DNA from: Camelus ferus
Taxonomy: Eukaryota
Reading direction: 5' to 3'
Assembly (NCBI RefSeq): GCF_009834535.1
Contig: NC_045696.1
Span: 16,122,001-16,186,000 of the forward strand
Length of the DNA stretch: 64,000 nt
Below the pieces are notes generated by a model, which was not told the DNA's origin, did not search any database, and was given only the letters and a program-made list of their open reading frames with translations. The position numbers were made by a program, and so were the translations under genes. This document shows positions 15,568-28,851 of the stretch, one piece after another (position 1 is the first letter of the stretch; every line of letters starts with the position of its first letter).

Positions 15568-18500
15568 TAAGGTGGCCTTTGTGTTTGCTGTCTTGTAGAT
15601 GCTGGAACATCTAGCACATAGTTCTGGTTCTTCTCTGAATGTGTCTTTGTAGTTCTCATTTAAAGGATCTCTGCCCACTCCCATCAAAGTTTGCTTTTTT
15701 GGGAAAAAAAAAAATCTAACTGTGAAGTCCTGTTCTGGTTATGACCTACCATTTAATTTTAGTATAATTGATCAGCCATCACAGAGTTAATTTTAACTAT
15801 TTTATTTTAATCTCAAGAGTTGGGATCAAAATTCTACTGATAATGTAGTAGGTCACTGGTAGTTCTACAGAGACCTGAGGTCTCAGTGAGTGACATGGTC
15901 TTCTGTTTTGGTCTGTAATTTAGAAAATTTGGGGGGATTTGGGGGTTACTTCATCAGTCATTAGCTAAATCTGATTTTTCATTCAGAAAGGTTTTATTTT
16001 GGTTTTTGTGGGTTTTGGGGTTTCGTTTTTGTGGGGATTTTTGTCTTTTGTCATCTTTCCCTTTGTGAGTAAAGTCAGAGGCATTCAGAAATGTTTGCTA
16101 GTTTTTTTAACTGTCTTTGGTTTTGTGGTTGTTAAGAAATACATTTTCACCTCTTTTTCTTTGGAATCTTAATCCAAAATAATTTATATATATAATAATT
16201 TATAGATTCTTATTTGTAATTAAAGGCAAACATTTATATTCAGGTCATAAAATTATAAAATCAGAATCTTTGGGTTAGAAAGGCCCATCTGATTCAGCCA
16301 TCAGTTTCCTGCTATCTCATTCCCCAGAGGTGATGACAATGTATCACTTCACTTTTTCCTTCCGTATTGTCTCAGATGTTCCCTAGTGTGACAGATTTCC
16401 AAATAGAACATTAACTATGAATTATAAGACTTAGAGATATTATATCAAGTTTTCTGATTTTTACATAGTCAAACACAGATATTTTAATACTATATTTTGT
16501 AGAATTTTAAAAATAATTTTACAAAAATACATATATATTTTACAGACATATAAGAATTGATGTACACTGAGGTATCCTTGTCATTTACCAGTTAATAATG
16601 CAGGCTTCTCTTTAGTGGCTCTTCCCCAATTTTATCACAACTCTCTTGTTAGCTAAGCTCTTTTGTGTTTCCTCTTAACTCGGTTTAGAAAAATTGGATT
16701 CAATGTAGCAGAACATAAAGCTAAACAAACAAATTCTAAAAAAAAAAAAACAAGAGAAAGAAATAAGGGAAAAGTCAACAGTATGCTTACAATACTTCCT
16801 TTATGCTTCTAAGAGTTGAAAGTTAAATAGTATAAACTCTCCCTTTCCCAGGGCAGGACACATCAGTAAGAGCAGGATTTGCCTCACTGGGAAAGCTTCT
16901 GAGCATTGCGTCCTGGGCCATGGCTGGTCCCCTCACCTGTGTTCCACGTGCCAGGTGTGGAAACGTCCACTGGCGTGGGTTTAATTACCACCTGGTCTAA
17001 AAGTTCGAGTTGCCTCGTTCCTGTTGTTTCTATGGCTTTTTCATATTCTTCCTCAATCATATCTGGATTTGAAAGTTTCAGGCTGCCTTCCTGAAAAAAT
17101 TCTTGTCACCAGAGCTCTTACTACGTGATCCCAAGTATAATCGGCATGAAAAAGGGAAATGTGAGGTTGGGCAGCCAGTTCCTTTCTCCCTGGTCTGTTG
17201 GATGCTTGATCACCTCCCATCACTGAATTGATTCCATGTTGAGTAAACAACCCAAATAATGGCAAGAGAACCAAGGAAGTTCCATGGCTGCTGTTAAAAT
17301 CGTACAGAACTGGCTGTGGACTTGTAATCAAGGTTGGTGACTGGCCACTCATGATTCTGCATATACGAGAGACTTCTGTAGTGAAAAAATGGGTATTTTT
17401 GCTTTACTTGAGTGTGACAGGCTTTTGCCAGGTCCTCTTCCCCATTTAACGTATTTTTTGATGTCTTGAAGCACCTACTTTTTATTGAGGGTAGATTTTG
17501 ATGTGTCTTGATCTTTTCCTCCTACACTCCTTCCAATTTACTAACCTAGTCGAAACCATTATCAACATCATATGGTATGAGACCCTCTCAGTGGCCCTTT
17601 CTTTTCCTGCATCCCTTCTCACCAATCCCGGAACGAGATCCACGGGGCTTCCCGCCCCTGCCTCAAGCCCTTCATTTATCACTGTCAGTCAGTAACTCGA
17701 CCTTCTTTGATATCCATCTCTCTGGTAATACCACTACTATGTGTCTTCTTTGTTACCATCACTAAACTGTAGCACACTAGTGTACTGTTCTTTCACTTTT
17801 TTTTTTTTTTAATTATACTGCTTTACCTATTACTAGCCAACTACACAATTTATCATCCAGACCAGATTTGACACTAGGACCACAGTCATTAACTAAAAGA
17901 CTCAGACAAACCAGGTCATACAATCACCTTACTTATTTCTGTGTTTAGTTACATCACCGTCCAAGATGACATTCAGCTGAAATGCTAGCTGGCTCCCTCC
18001 TAGTCGCCTTCATTTATGTGCCACTTCTGCTGTCTGCCACAGCGTCTTCCCTTGGACTCTGTCATCACTTAGAAATACTGCGCCTGTGTGGTTACCAGCT
18101 TTGACATTACTCTGTGAATATGATCTTCTGATCTTAGACCTAAAACACTAGTCAGGTCCAACTGACTTCACCCTTCCCTCATAATAATCGCCTCCCCTAA
18201 GTAAATAAATAAACTTAATTACCTAATAGTCACCTCCCCAATTCAGGTTTTAGTCCATTATTCCATTGGGGGGTGGGGAATGGTCCTTTCTGACCAGGAT
18301 GGACCCAAGGATAACTATTTTTATGTATCCATTTGAATTTCTTGGATTTACTGATACCCTTCACATTTTCTAAAGATATTTTCATCAGTCCTCCCTATTT
18401 GGGAAAAATTGATTTCTCCCTTGAATTGCTTCTGAATATTCTAAGGTTGATGTAGCATGTCATATCACCCCACCAGTTAATTCCATTTCTTATTCATGCT

Positions 18501-18856
18501 GTAACATCAGCTGGGAGCATGGTGTTACTAGATACACCTAATTATCACTATTTGATGCCCTGTCACCTTCCACATAGCAGTTGATCCAAGTCAGCTCCAT
18601 TCTCTTGGTTCCTAGCGTCACTCTCCTTAATGCTCTGTAAGTGACCCCTTCAGTCATCAGTCATCCACTGTGAATTTCTGCATATGGTACCTGGGAGTTG
18701 GTAGGTGCTTGGTACATGATTTCTGAATAAATTAATGAATTTTCTTCTCTACCTCAACATCTCTCTTTACCTTCTTCCATTCCTTGGCTTCCCATATTCC
18801 CTTTTATGATTATGCACTATCTGAATACTTGATCACCTCCACTTCCTTTCTTGAAT

Positions 18857-19800
18857 TTTTAAAAATGTATTCAAGATTATTTTTTAGAGTAGTTTTGGAT
18901 TTACAGCAAAACTGGACAGCACGTACAGAGATTTTTCATATACCCCTTCTCCCCCACACATGCATAGCCTTCCCCGTCATCAGCATCCCCCACCAGAGTG
19001 GTGTATCTGTTTCAGCTGATTAACCTGCATTAACACATCTTTACCATCCACAGTCCATAGTTTACATTGGGGTTCACTTCTGATGTATATTCTGTGAGTT
19101 TGGACAAACATATAATGACATCTATCCATCGTTACAAATGTCATACAGAGTGTTTTCACTAAAACTCCTCTGTGTTCCTCCTATTCATTTCTCCCACCCT
19201 CCCAACTCCTGGCAACCACTGATCTTTTTGTTGTCTTCATAGTTTTGCCTTTTCCAGATTATCATATAGTTGGACTCATACAGTGTATAGCCTTGTCTGT
19301 TTGGGTTCTTCTACTTACTAATATGCATTTAAGGTTCTTCCATGTCTTTTCAGGCTTGACAGCTTGTTTCTTTTTAGTGATGAGTAATATTTCATTGTCT
19401 AGGTATAAAAAGTTTATTTATCCATTCACCTACTGAGGGACATGTTGGTTGTTGCTGAGTTTTGGCAATTATGAGTGAACATCTGTGTGCAGGGTTTTGT
19501 GTGAATCTAAATTTTCAGTTCCTTTAGGGTAAATACAAGGGGCTCAGTTGCTGAAGCACATGGTAACAGTATGTTTAGTTTGATTAGAAACCAACAGACT
19601 ATCTTCCAAGTGGCTGTACCATTTTGCCTTCCCACCAACAGTGAATGAGAGTTCCTGTTGCTCCATTTCACCCCTAGTATTTGGCGTTATCAGTGTTCTG
19701 GATCTTGGCCATTCTAACAGATGTGTAACGGTATCTCATTGTTTTGATTTGCATTTCCCTGATGACATATAATGTGGAGTATCTCTTCATGTGCTTATTC
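18857..19800 (-). mobile_element. L1 (L1MC1-like) 3' region
   Basis: cctggcaaccactgatctttt, gtggctgtaccattttgccttcccaccaacagtgaatgagagttcctgttgctcc, atttgcatttccctgatga. Confidence 0.9.
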
Positions 19801-20743
19801 TCCCACCCACACAACCCATCCTTTTATTTTCAGTCTCCCTTGACTTTCGCTCCTTCACCTCTACCTGCTGCTGTTTTGCTGAACTGCCACCACCTGAGTT
19901 CAGATCATCGTTTATCTCCTGCTTGACTAACTTCTTAACTCCCGACTACATCAGTGCCTCACGTTCTTCTGTTACCCTGGGCATTTTGTGTTCTTAAAGG
20001 ATTCATTCATACCTTGACTTCTATTCGCATGACTTGGAATTCATTCTACCTGCCCACAAGTCTTTGTTGCTCTCTTCCCAGAGAATTCTCCACGCCTTAG
20101 TAATGTTTCTGTTGTGCATTTTCGATCCTGTTAACACTGGTGGGAAATAGTTGATGGTTCCTGCAGCCTATAGAAAAGTCCAGATTCCTAGGCAGGGCAT
20201 TTAGAACTCTTATTCCATGGCCCTAGCCTGCATTTCAGCCTTGCACATATGCCTCACCTTGTCTACTGAAACCCCCAAACCCTTGGCCATTTCTTTCTCT
20301 CTTTTGTTCTCACCTCTCTGCCCCTTTTGAAAATGTATTTCCATTTTTGTCAAATGGTGTTAAGGAACCACCAAGATATTTGTCAGTTCTAAAGTGCTGT
20401 ATCTTGTCAGGACCTGTAAAATCTTATGTAATTTTTACCGTTCACCAGAAAAGGTACGTCTTTTACAAGTCTTCTCTGACTACCCCTTGAAATACTTCAC
20501 TTTCCTCTCCTGCCCTTGCTTTTCGTCTGTATTCTTTTATTTATACTATGACTTATTTTCCAATTAACTGTAGCCATTTCTCCTTTTTTGTGCTAGAATT
20601 CAAACTAGCATGGATATGTTTCATTAGTCTTCAAGAAATATTGGCCAAATTGAATTTTTTATTTGAGAAAAAAATTCTAAAGCTTTTGGTAAAGACTATG
20701 TGATCCATAAATGGATGTTACAGAATCTCTTGTGTTTTAGCTC

Positions 20744-21300
20744 AGATCTATCCCATAGAAATAAAATGTGAGCCACATAATGTATTTTGTAATTCTTTTT
20801 GTTTGTTTGTTTGTTTTGTTTTGTTGGGTTTTTTTAGGGGCTGCAGGGAGCAGGGTAGTGATTAGGTTTACTTATTTATTTAATGGAGGTACTGGGGATG
20901 AACCCAGGACCTCGTGCCTGCTACGTATGCAGTCTACCACTGAACTATACCCTCCCCACGTAATGTATTTTTTTACACTTTCTAATAGCCACTTTTAAAA
21001 TAGTAGAAAGAAACAGGTGAATTAATTTTAACAACATTTTTATTTAATTGATTTAATTAAAATAACAATTGTTTTAATTAAAATTTAATTTACTTAATAT
21101 ATTCAAGGTATTATTATTTCAATGTGTAACCAATATGAAAAGTTACCAGTGACATATTTCGCGAATCTTTCATTTGTTTCTTTCATCCAAGGCCTTCAGA
21201 GCTAGCACATACTTTACACTTATGGGCAGCTCATTCTCACTTGCCACATTTCAAGTGCTCAGTAGTCACACGTGGCTGGTCATGGTATTAGACACTGTAG
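20744..21300 (+). mobile_element. MER33 element interrupted by a SINE
   Basis: tagaaataaaatgtgagccaca...ctaatagccac..aaagaaacaggtgaattaatttt...gccacatttcaagtgctcagtag. Confidence 0.85.
20789..20957 (-). mobile_element. tRNA-derived SINE (vic-1-like) nested in MER33
   Basis: aatggaggtactggggatgaacccaggacctcgtgc; TSD CAC(A/G)TAATGTATTTT at 20774-20788 and 20957-20971. Confidence 0.85.
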
Positions 21301-22623
21301 ATACTTAAATTTTCTAATCACTTTATTTTCCATTCAAATGAAAGGTTTATGTATGTAGTAATATATAATTCTAAGGTTGAGCTCTGAATTTTTACTGTTT
21401 TTGTAAAAAGTGTTGATGTTTTTAAGATTTAAAAGAATTGTTTTGAACTCATTGTAACTAGGATATCAGGTCACTTGCATCACTTCATTTTGGACCGTGT
21501 TTTTCTGTCAGCCCTGCAGGCAGGCATGCCTTCACGCTCGTCTGGCAAAGCCTGGAGGGCAAAGGGAGAGAGGTAATGCATCACTGACCCACACACTGGC
21601 TGGGCTTCTACCAGCTGGCGGCTGCCTAGTTCCGGGCTCCAGCCCTCCTGTGATACTTGAAATGCAGAACAGGAATAGGAATTAAATACATCCTACTTGA
21701 AAAGTCCTTAGGGGACACTATATGACAGTTATTGAAGAGAAGAAAAGGAAGGAGAACTCTGGTCCTCCAAAAGAAATTTGATCCACAGTTTAATGTACTT
21801 TGCTGATTGGTAGGTAGTGAGATTTGTTTTGGTAGAAGGGGAGTGTTCTCCTATTGCTTAATGAGGCATTTAGAGAAACATTCTTTGTGGGATGAGCTCT
21901 GTTTTGTGACCTTATTGAAAAAGAGGTAAGTCTTTCAAAAGATTAAATATAAACAAATCAGTTACTGTTCCCCAAATTTATTTGTAAGTGACTCAGTATT
22001 TATTTCTCCAGTGTTGTAGTGATTAAGTTCTCAGGCCACCTCAAAATACCTATTTATGGGGTCGGTAATGCGGGCTTACTTACGTTAACAGTATACATAT
22101 TTCCAGCCATCTTGGGTAAGAATTTTTCGATGGGAAAATTCACTTGGAAAACTAACATGTAAGACCAACCTCATACCCAGTCTGATCCTGAGAGGAAGGA
22201 TCTGGAGCGTGAAGTTTGCTTTCACCTGGAACTATAGAATCTGACCGAAACCATGGAGTCCACAGGGGTTGGTGAATTTGTAGAGCAAATTACTTGAAGG
22301 AAGACCTTCTAATTCATTTGTAACAGCTTTCCTCTTGGGAGAATGTCCTTAGATTTTGTTTTTCAAACCAGAATCTCAAATGATATAGTTTCTTATTTTT
22401 AGAGTTGCTGACATTAGTGAGAACGTGCTGACAGATAACCTCATATATCTTCCTGGATAATTAGATGATTTTTTTTTCTTTTTCCGTTTAATTAAAAAAA
22501 AAAGCCATTAAGTTAGAGCCAGATGAGTGATTGCTTATGACTGCGTCTCACCAGGCCCTTCTCTAAGGCTATATTTTGAAGCTCAGGAGTCTTCTTTAGT
22601 TGATAAAAGTTTCCTCAGCAGTT

Positions 22624-22677
22624 TGTGTGTGTGTGTGTGCACCCACGTGGGCACATGTACATGCATGTGTGTGCACG
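22624..22677. repeat. (TG)n and alternating purine-pyrimidine tract
   Basis: tgtgtgtgtgtgtgtgcacccacgtgggcacatgtacatgcatgtgtgtgcacg. Confidence 0.8.
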
Positions 22678-22743
22678 AGGGAACACATACCTTCCCATGC
22701 TCACTGAGCCCAGTCGGTGGAATCCGTTCTGGTGATCGCCTTG

Positions 22744-24215
22744 CCCTGCTCTGTATTAGAAAAGTCAGTGCAACACCATTGACTATCTGGGTATAGCGGT
22801 CCCTTATTATAATTATAATTTTTATATTTTAAAATTATTTTACAAATGATTTACAAAAGCGAGAATAAAGGGATAGTGAGAAATAACTTCATTTAGACAT
22901 TTTAGTAAGAATTAATATAGTAATTATTTAATTTGAATTAAAATGTAAATACAGTAGAGCCAGATTTTTATTTCAGCTTTTCCTGGTTTTGAAGGTAAAG
23001 ATTTCTGAAATGGGCAGAATCCTTTGACTAAAACTGGCGGCTGATCACCTGCCATGCATGAACCTGACCTGTATCCATCTTGTAAATAGTGATTCCAGGT
23101 TCAGATACATCTCTGTTCGGGTCTAGCCTGTTGTACTTCTTGGTTGTTTTCTTACACTTGCATTTTCACTGGATAATTATTTTTTAAAAATCAATACTTC
23201 TAAAACTTAAAGAGCTCATAATTTTGTTGCAGAGAGAACAGCCAACTTCTGTCCATAATTGCAAAATATTTTCAAGTTTGGGTTTATAAACACCCATGAG
23301 AATCATCCATCCAGTCCTTTTTTAAGTTCACTTTACATTGGTTCTTAACCCCTCATCCCATTTGGGATTTGTCTACTTCTGAGCTGTATCAAAAATATCC
23401 TGCTGTACAAACATCATACAATGTGTTGCACACATTACAAAGGACAAAGAATACTGTCACACATTTTTTTAAGCAATTTTAGCAATAATTTCTGTTTCTG
23501 TTGCAAAATACTGGATAATGCCGTCCTTCCTGTAAAATGACTAAGTGGATGAGAAGACCATGTTTTCTTTTTGTCCTTAGAAATACATTGCTCACTTTGC
23601 AGTTCTTGAGCTTGAGAAAATTCATCTGGGACAGCATCATCTGAAGAGTCATGGTCTAAGGTTTCGCTGATGGGGGCAATTTCATTCATTTTTCTGATTT
23701 GTTTAATAATTGTGAAATATCTCCTGTCAATTTTCTCCTATTTGCCAATGTGGAAAAATGAACATTTTTGATTTTCACTTGTATTCAGTGAAAGTCTCTA
23801 GACTTCTTTTTTCCTTCTTGAAAAATGATGCAATATTTTGGAAACACAGTAATAAAACTGTGATAATTCCCCTATTGCATCATCCTTCTAGGCAATTCTT
23901 TTGTTCTTTTATTTTCCTGTATTTGGTCTTCCTTAGCACAGTTGGCAATAGTTAATGAGTAATGATGAAATAATTATTGGGATGATAAAAATAGGAAAAT
24001 TGCAGAAAAATGTCTTAGGTATAAAAAAATTCCAGTTACTGATATGGTATTTATAAGGCACAATGATTTTTATTCCATTTTTTAAAAATGAAATAAGAAA
24101 CTTTTAAGAAAGTGTAAAAATCAGAAGTATTGATCCTTATAAGTAGACAGAGCTGCTCAAAAGTGAGAAAAAAATGTAAAATCGTGTCCAGGGGATCCTG
24201 GTGGTATTCTAAGGG
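22744..24215 (-). mobile_element. Fossil piggyBac-superfamily DNA transposon (Looper-like), ~1.5 kb
   Basis: Right end AGGG|TTAA (24212-24219) reads TTAA-CCCT on the minus strand; contains a decayed piggyBac transposase. Left boundary (CCCT at 22744) is tentative. Confidence 0.85.
22951..23748 (-). pseudogene. Decayed, C-terminally truncated piggyBac transposase coding sequence
   Basis: Minus-strand segments: ANRRKLTGDISQLL; CISKDKKKTWSSHP..GRTALSSIL; MMFVQQDIFDTAQK*TN; WMILMGVYKPKLENILQLW; WNHYLQDGYRSGSCMAGDQPPVLVKGFCPFQKSLPSKPGKAEIKIWLYC (cf. piggyBac TVDEQLVxFRGRCPFRQYIPSKPxKYGIKIW). Stops and frameshifts present. Confidence 0.9.
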
Positions 24216-24868
24216 TTAATAGCCCATCCTGCTTATCAGGAATTTACGTTTGTTATGAGGCCTGTGTGACTTGGTTAAATACTTGACCTAATTTTCTACA
24301 AGCTAGGTGGTCAGCAAATATTTGAGTTAATTGAATTGGCATTCATGTTAAATGCATACGCAGACGTAATTGGTAACTCAAGATTAAGCTAATCAGGCTT
24401 TAAAGCAAAATCTACTAAAGAATATCATTCCAGGCATGCAGTGATTAAGAGAAATTGCATCAGGAGTCTCTAAGGCTGGAAATATTGGGGGAAAAAATGC
24501 TAGGGCCTTAGGAATATTTATAACAGCCAGCAAACACCTTTACTGTGGTTACTACTTGAATATCTTTCCATTGCTTCAAAAAACAAAATAAAATAGAATA
24601 CAGTGAAATTAAATTGGAGTTATCAATGAAGGTAAGAATCATCTTTATTTGAACTTTTGGATAAAAATCCATTCGTAGAGTGGCTTTCTTATTTGAACCA
24701 GCAAGCATTTTTTGTTCCCTAGTGTCAAATTAGAGCTCTTTATTAAAAATAACAGTAGGCAGAAATTTCAGGAAGTACCAGTTACAGTCATGAGACCAGC
24801 TCAGCTCCATTAGCTGTTGGCAAGCATTGTGTGATTTTTAAAATGAGTAAACAAAGATCAGTTTAGAG

Positions 24869-25067
24869 CAGTGGTTCTCAACTGGGGGCAATCTTGGTGC
24901 CCAAGGGACCTTTGGAAATGTCCACAGACATTTTTAATTGTTGCAATTAGGGGGATGGATGCGCCTGGCATTTGGTGGGTAGAGACCAGGGGACAGTGCC
25001 AAACATCCCGTAATACATAGGACAGCCACGACAAAGAAACATCAGTAGAGCCGAGGTTGAGAAAGTG
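24869..25067. mobile_element. MER20 element
   Basis: cagtggttctcaactggggg..aatgtccacagacattttt..gccgaggttgagaa; TSD GTTTAGAG / GTTTGGAG. Confidence 0.9.
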
Positions 25068-28000
25068 GTTTGGAGTACTGGAAAGCTAGGGAAATTATTA
25101 TTATTATAATTTTTTAATTTCCATTCCAAGCTGTTGTCTCGCCCTGATCTCCTGTGGACAGAAAAGCAAACACACCAGGAGGAGTCTGCCTCTTGAACGC
25201 AGCTTTTGTGCAGATGGAAATGTTTGAGATCAAAATAAACCTTCCAATCATAACTGCATCCAGAGCTTAAAATGTGCTCAAATACAGTGGATGATTAAGA
25301 ATTAACGTCTAATTCTTATGTCGATTATGTTTTTCCTTTCATTAGTATCACTACTGTCCATTTTTACTACACTAAAAATTAGCGTATTTTCTGGGGCAAA
25401 ATGACCATGTAGTGAAATATTTGATGTATGTAGAGGCCTGGAAAACCATCTTCACTTAAAATATTTTTTCCTTACATCTAATTAGAAAAATATTTAAAGT
25501 ATAATAATTTTTCAGAAGAATTTGGGTCAAGGAAAATCACCTGTAATTTGACCTTATTGTAAGTTTTATGTTTCGATTTGTTCTTACTTTTGTTTTTATT
25601 TAGCTGTGTTTGTTTAAATGATAATGTTTTCATTTTTAAAACAATATTTTAAATATGTAAAAATATATTCATAATTTCCATATTTGTCCCCTTTAATTAT
25701 GCATATTTCTTCAAAATTTGTTCATCTGTGTCATCATGTCAGACTTTTTTGGCTCCGTTTTTTTTACATTATAGAAGCTAAGCTTCTGAATTCCTTACTG
25801 AGTCTAGATTTCCCCCCCCCAAGTTATATAATAATTGCTTTAAAGCAGTTTTCCAGAAATAGGACAGCTGGGTTAAAAGATATGAATGTTTTGACAGCAC
25901 TTAAAATGTATCTAAAAATGCTTATGCCCATTTGCAGTGAGGTGTTGACAGTGGGTGAATTTATTTTGTCATAGCATACTCACCAGTACTGGATTTTTAT
26001 TGTTATTAATAACTTGTCCCCTTCCTCAGACCATCAAGCTTTCAGGCTTTTCTAGACTATGAGTGTCATGAGGACATGGTCTCAATTTTATTGCCTTCTT
26101 GTATCCTAGTCTGTGCATGAGTAGTAATAATAGATATGATGTAATCTTGCCACACACAATCCACTGTCCAGACACCTTGCATGTTAACGTGTTTAATGTT
26201 CACAGCTTTTTAACATTAGTTTTTTTATACAGTGATTTAATGAACCTTACTTTGGCTTTTTCAAAACTAGGAATAGATTAGTGTTGATATATCTATACTT
26301 GAGGGTTTAGCTTTTTTTTTTCTTCTTCTGCAAAGTAAATATTACAGGTATTTCAAGTGTCAGATTCAGCAGAACCCTTGTGTAGATACTCATTCCATTA
26401 ATTCCACATTAATGAAATGTGATTAATAATCAGCACTTTTCTCATTCAACCACATTTCTTCCATTCCATCTGATGAGCACATATAAATCACAACTTTAAA
26501 ATGATTAATTTATTTACTTTTGATCAAAAAAAGTTTCAGAGCAATAAATAATTTTGATTGAATAACTCATATATATTTGAGAGAAGTTAAAAATGTTTGA
26601 CTTTTACTGATAGTATCGTGTAAGTTGATCCCTGTGTTGTTTAATCTGCCCTAGTTGTGAGCCATCGGTGGGGAAAGTCAGGTGGAGATAGAGTCTAAAG
26701 CTTTAGATTAGTTTAATACTGATAGGAAATGTGAGAAAAAAAATATATATATGCATTGTGACGCATGCTTAAAAAAAAGGCCAGCATCTGCAGAGGGCTA
26801 ACTTATTCTACTTGAGAAACATCACTTTGACCTAGGTTACCTAAAAAGAGCAAGCTATTTCTCTTCAAGTTCTTGCCTTTTATTTATTTTTTAGGGGGAT
26901 TGGTGAGATGAGTGGAGGGACAGAGAATTTATAGACCCTACTCTTATGTTAGTACAGGTCTGTTCAATCTGATTCTCCTAAAAAGGAAAGAAAAGCAACT
27001 TATTCTTATTTCTCCTGTAAAATGTCCCACAGTGATACATCTTTTTTTGTAAAGGATGGGATTGTTGTGAGCAGAGAGAAATATACATGAAAATTGCATC
27101 TCCCTTTAGTCAATAGCTAGGGCATTTTAATGTTGTTATTGTTGTTTTTGGTTGAGTTGGTCACATTATTCAAATCAAATAAGATAGAGATGGAGCTAAT
27201 AATACAGCTTGTGAGCCCATCATGTTAAAAGCTAACTATTTATGGAGAGGAAATGATAATCCAGTAACCAACCCCAACCCAACATAACATGTCAAAGTAT
27301 AAAACATAATGACTGGTAAAGCTGACTCTGAATTGAGGACAGTTGTGTCCATGGCTTCATTTAACTGCTATTGATGGAGTTCTAGTGTAAGTAACACAAA
27401 TCTGGTTTTATGGTGTCTTGATCAACATTTTCGATAAGAACTTGTGGCATAATGAATACGTTGACATGGCCACAACTATTGAGAGCGTTTTTTGGTACCC
27501 TTTACATGAGCACGATTATGAGCTTTTTAAAATCCATTTATTAAGCCTTCTAGAAAAGTGGGGCTCACCTTTGTCCCAGAAACAAAGGGCTGCAAAAATA
27601 CTGGATGTAGCCCATTTCCAGTCATTCCTTCAGAAATTTGAGCAGAGACCAACACAAGCTGATGCTTAACATAAGAGATAAAGTCTTGATCGTGATCACA
27701 ACTGCAGTCAACATGAAAAGCTTCTGTTAAGGCTCAATTTATGGGTGACTCAGTGCTGGGTATAGTTGAAGGTCAATTTAATTATTATGGTCTGTGTGCT
27801 CCAAGAACTTTTTTCAGAAAATAATCACCAGATGGTAGTGTGGAGGGTACATTTCACAAACACATTATTTGTGGTTTGTGAAAACTTCGTCATTGAATCA
27901 TGCAGCAAGTTATGCCCCTGTTGTCTTCCAGTTAGCCCAGGATGCAGAAACATACATAGCCCTACCTCATCTCAGGCTGGTGTGAGAATTTGCGTCTATT

Positions 28001-28851
28001 GGTGGGTCTCTGCCTTTAAAATTGATTCTGAGAGAGGAGGTGGGGGGCTTCCTTTGGTTTTATATCCTGTTTGGACCTCTGGAGTTAAAATTCTTTGAAT
28101 ATGTAATCTTTCAGCTGCTCTTCTGCCTTGCATTTTGAAAAAAGAGATAATAAATCCTTAAAGGGGAAAACTAACAACCACGGAGGAGGGTTACAAAGTG
28201 AATCATGCAAATGATAAATTACAGCCTGAAATCTTTGCCAGTGGATGAGTCAAGAAAGACCAGATTTGATGAAACAGTTTATGGCTTTGAGAAATAACTG
28301 TCACAGCACTGGGTTGGCAGCATCCAGCCCTGTTTTAGGCTGTAACTGTATCACTGAGTCTTGTATTGAATTACGGGAACTAATTTGAAAATGATGAATA
28401 GGAGAGAAGCAGAAGCTTGCATTTTCTCTTGAGGGAACTGGCTGCCAGCTCTGAGGTCTTATTAAAAATGCTGAATCTCTGTATTTAATAAGCTTGGACC
28501 ACATGTATGTCAAAAAGAAAAACAAAACACTGTAATAGCCTTAACCAGATTATAGATGTGTGGCCAGACCAGTGAGGTTTGTTTTGGTTTCTAAGCAGGT
28601 GATGGCTGGAAGAGGAGATGGCTTTGAAGTTCAGGGTTGGGTTGCTGCCATCCCAGCTACATCTGGCAGTGATCACTGTGCTTACTGGGACTTAATGGTG
28701 CCAGCTGCCCTAGTAACCGGATATCGCTGAATGAGAAGTACTGGGGAATGATTCATTTGTAAAAGTTATTTGGATGGTGGGATTATTCTGTGCTGAGAAT
28801 GTACACCATTGGGGCATGGAAGGTCTCTCTTTATCCTCTCCAATGTCTTTT

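Noticed and set aside
16860..18560. Complex non-repetitive-looking stretch; ORF 17053..17352 faintly recalls a retroelement integrase segment
   Set aside because: Similarity too weak, and no colinear supporting motifs found by eye; needs a Dfam or profile search.
23345..23352. TTAACCCC as the left end of the piggyBac element
   Set aside because: Transposase homology continues ~400 bp beyond it, so it is internal.
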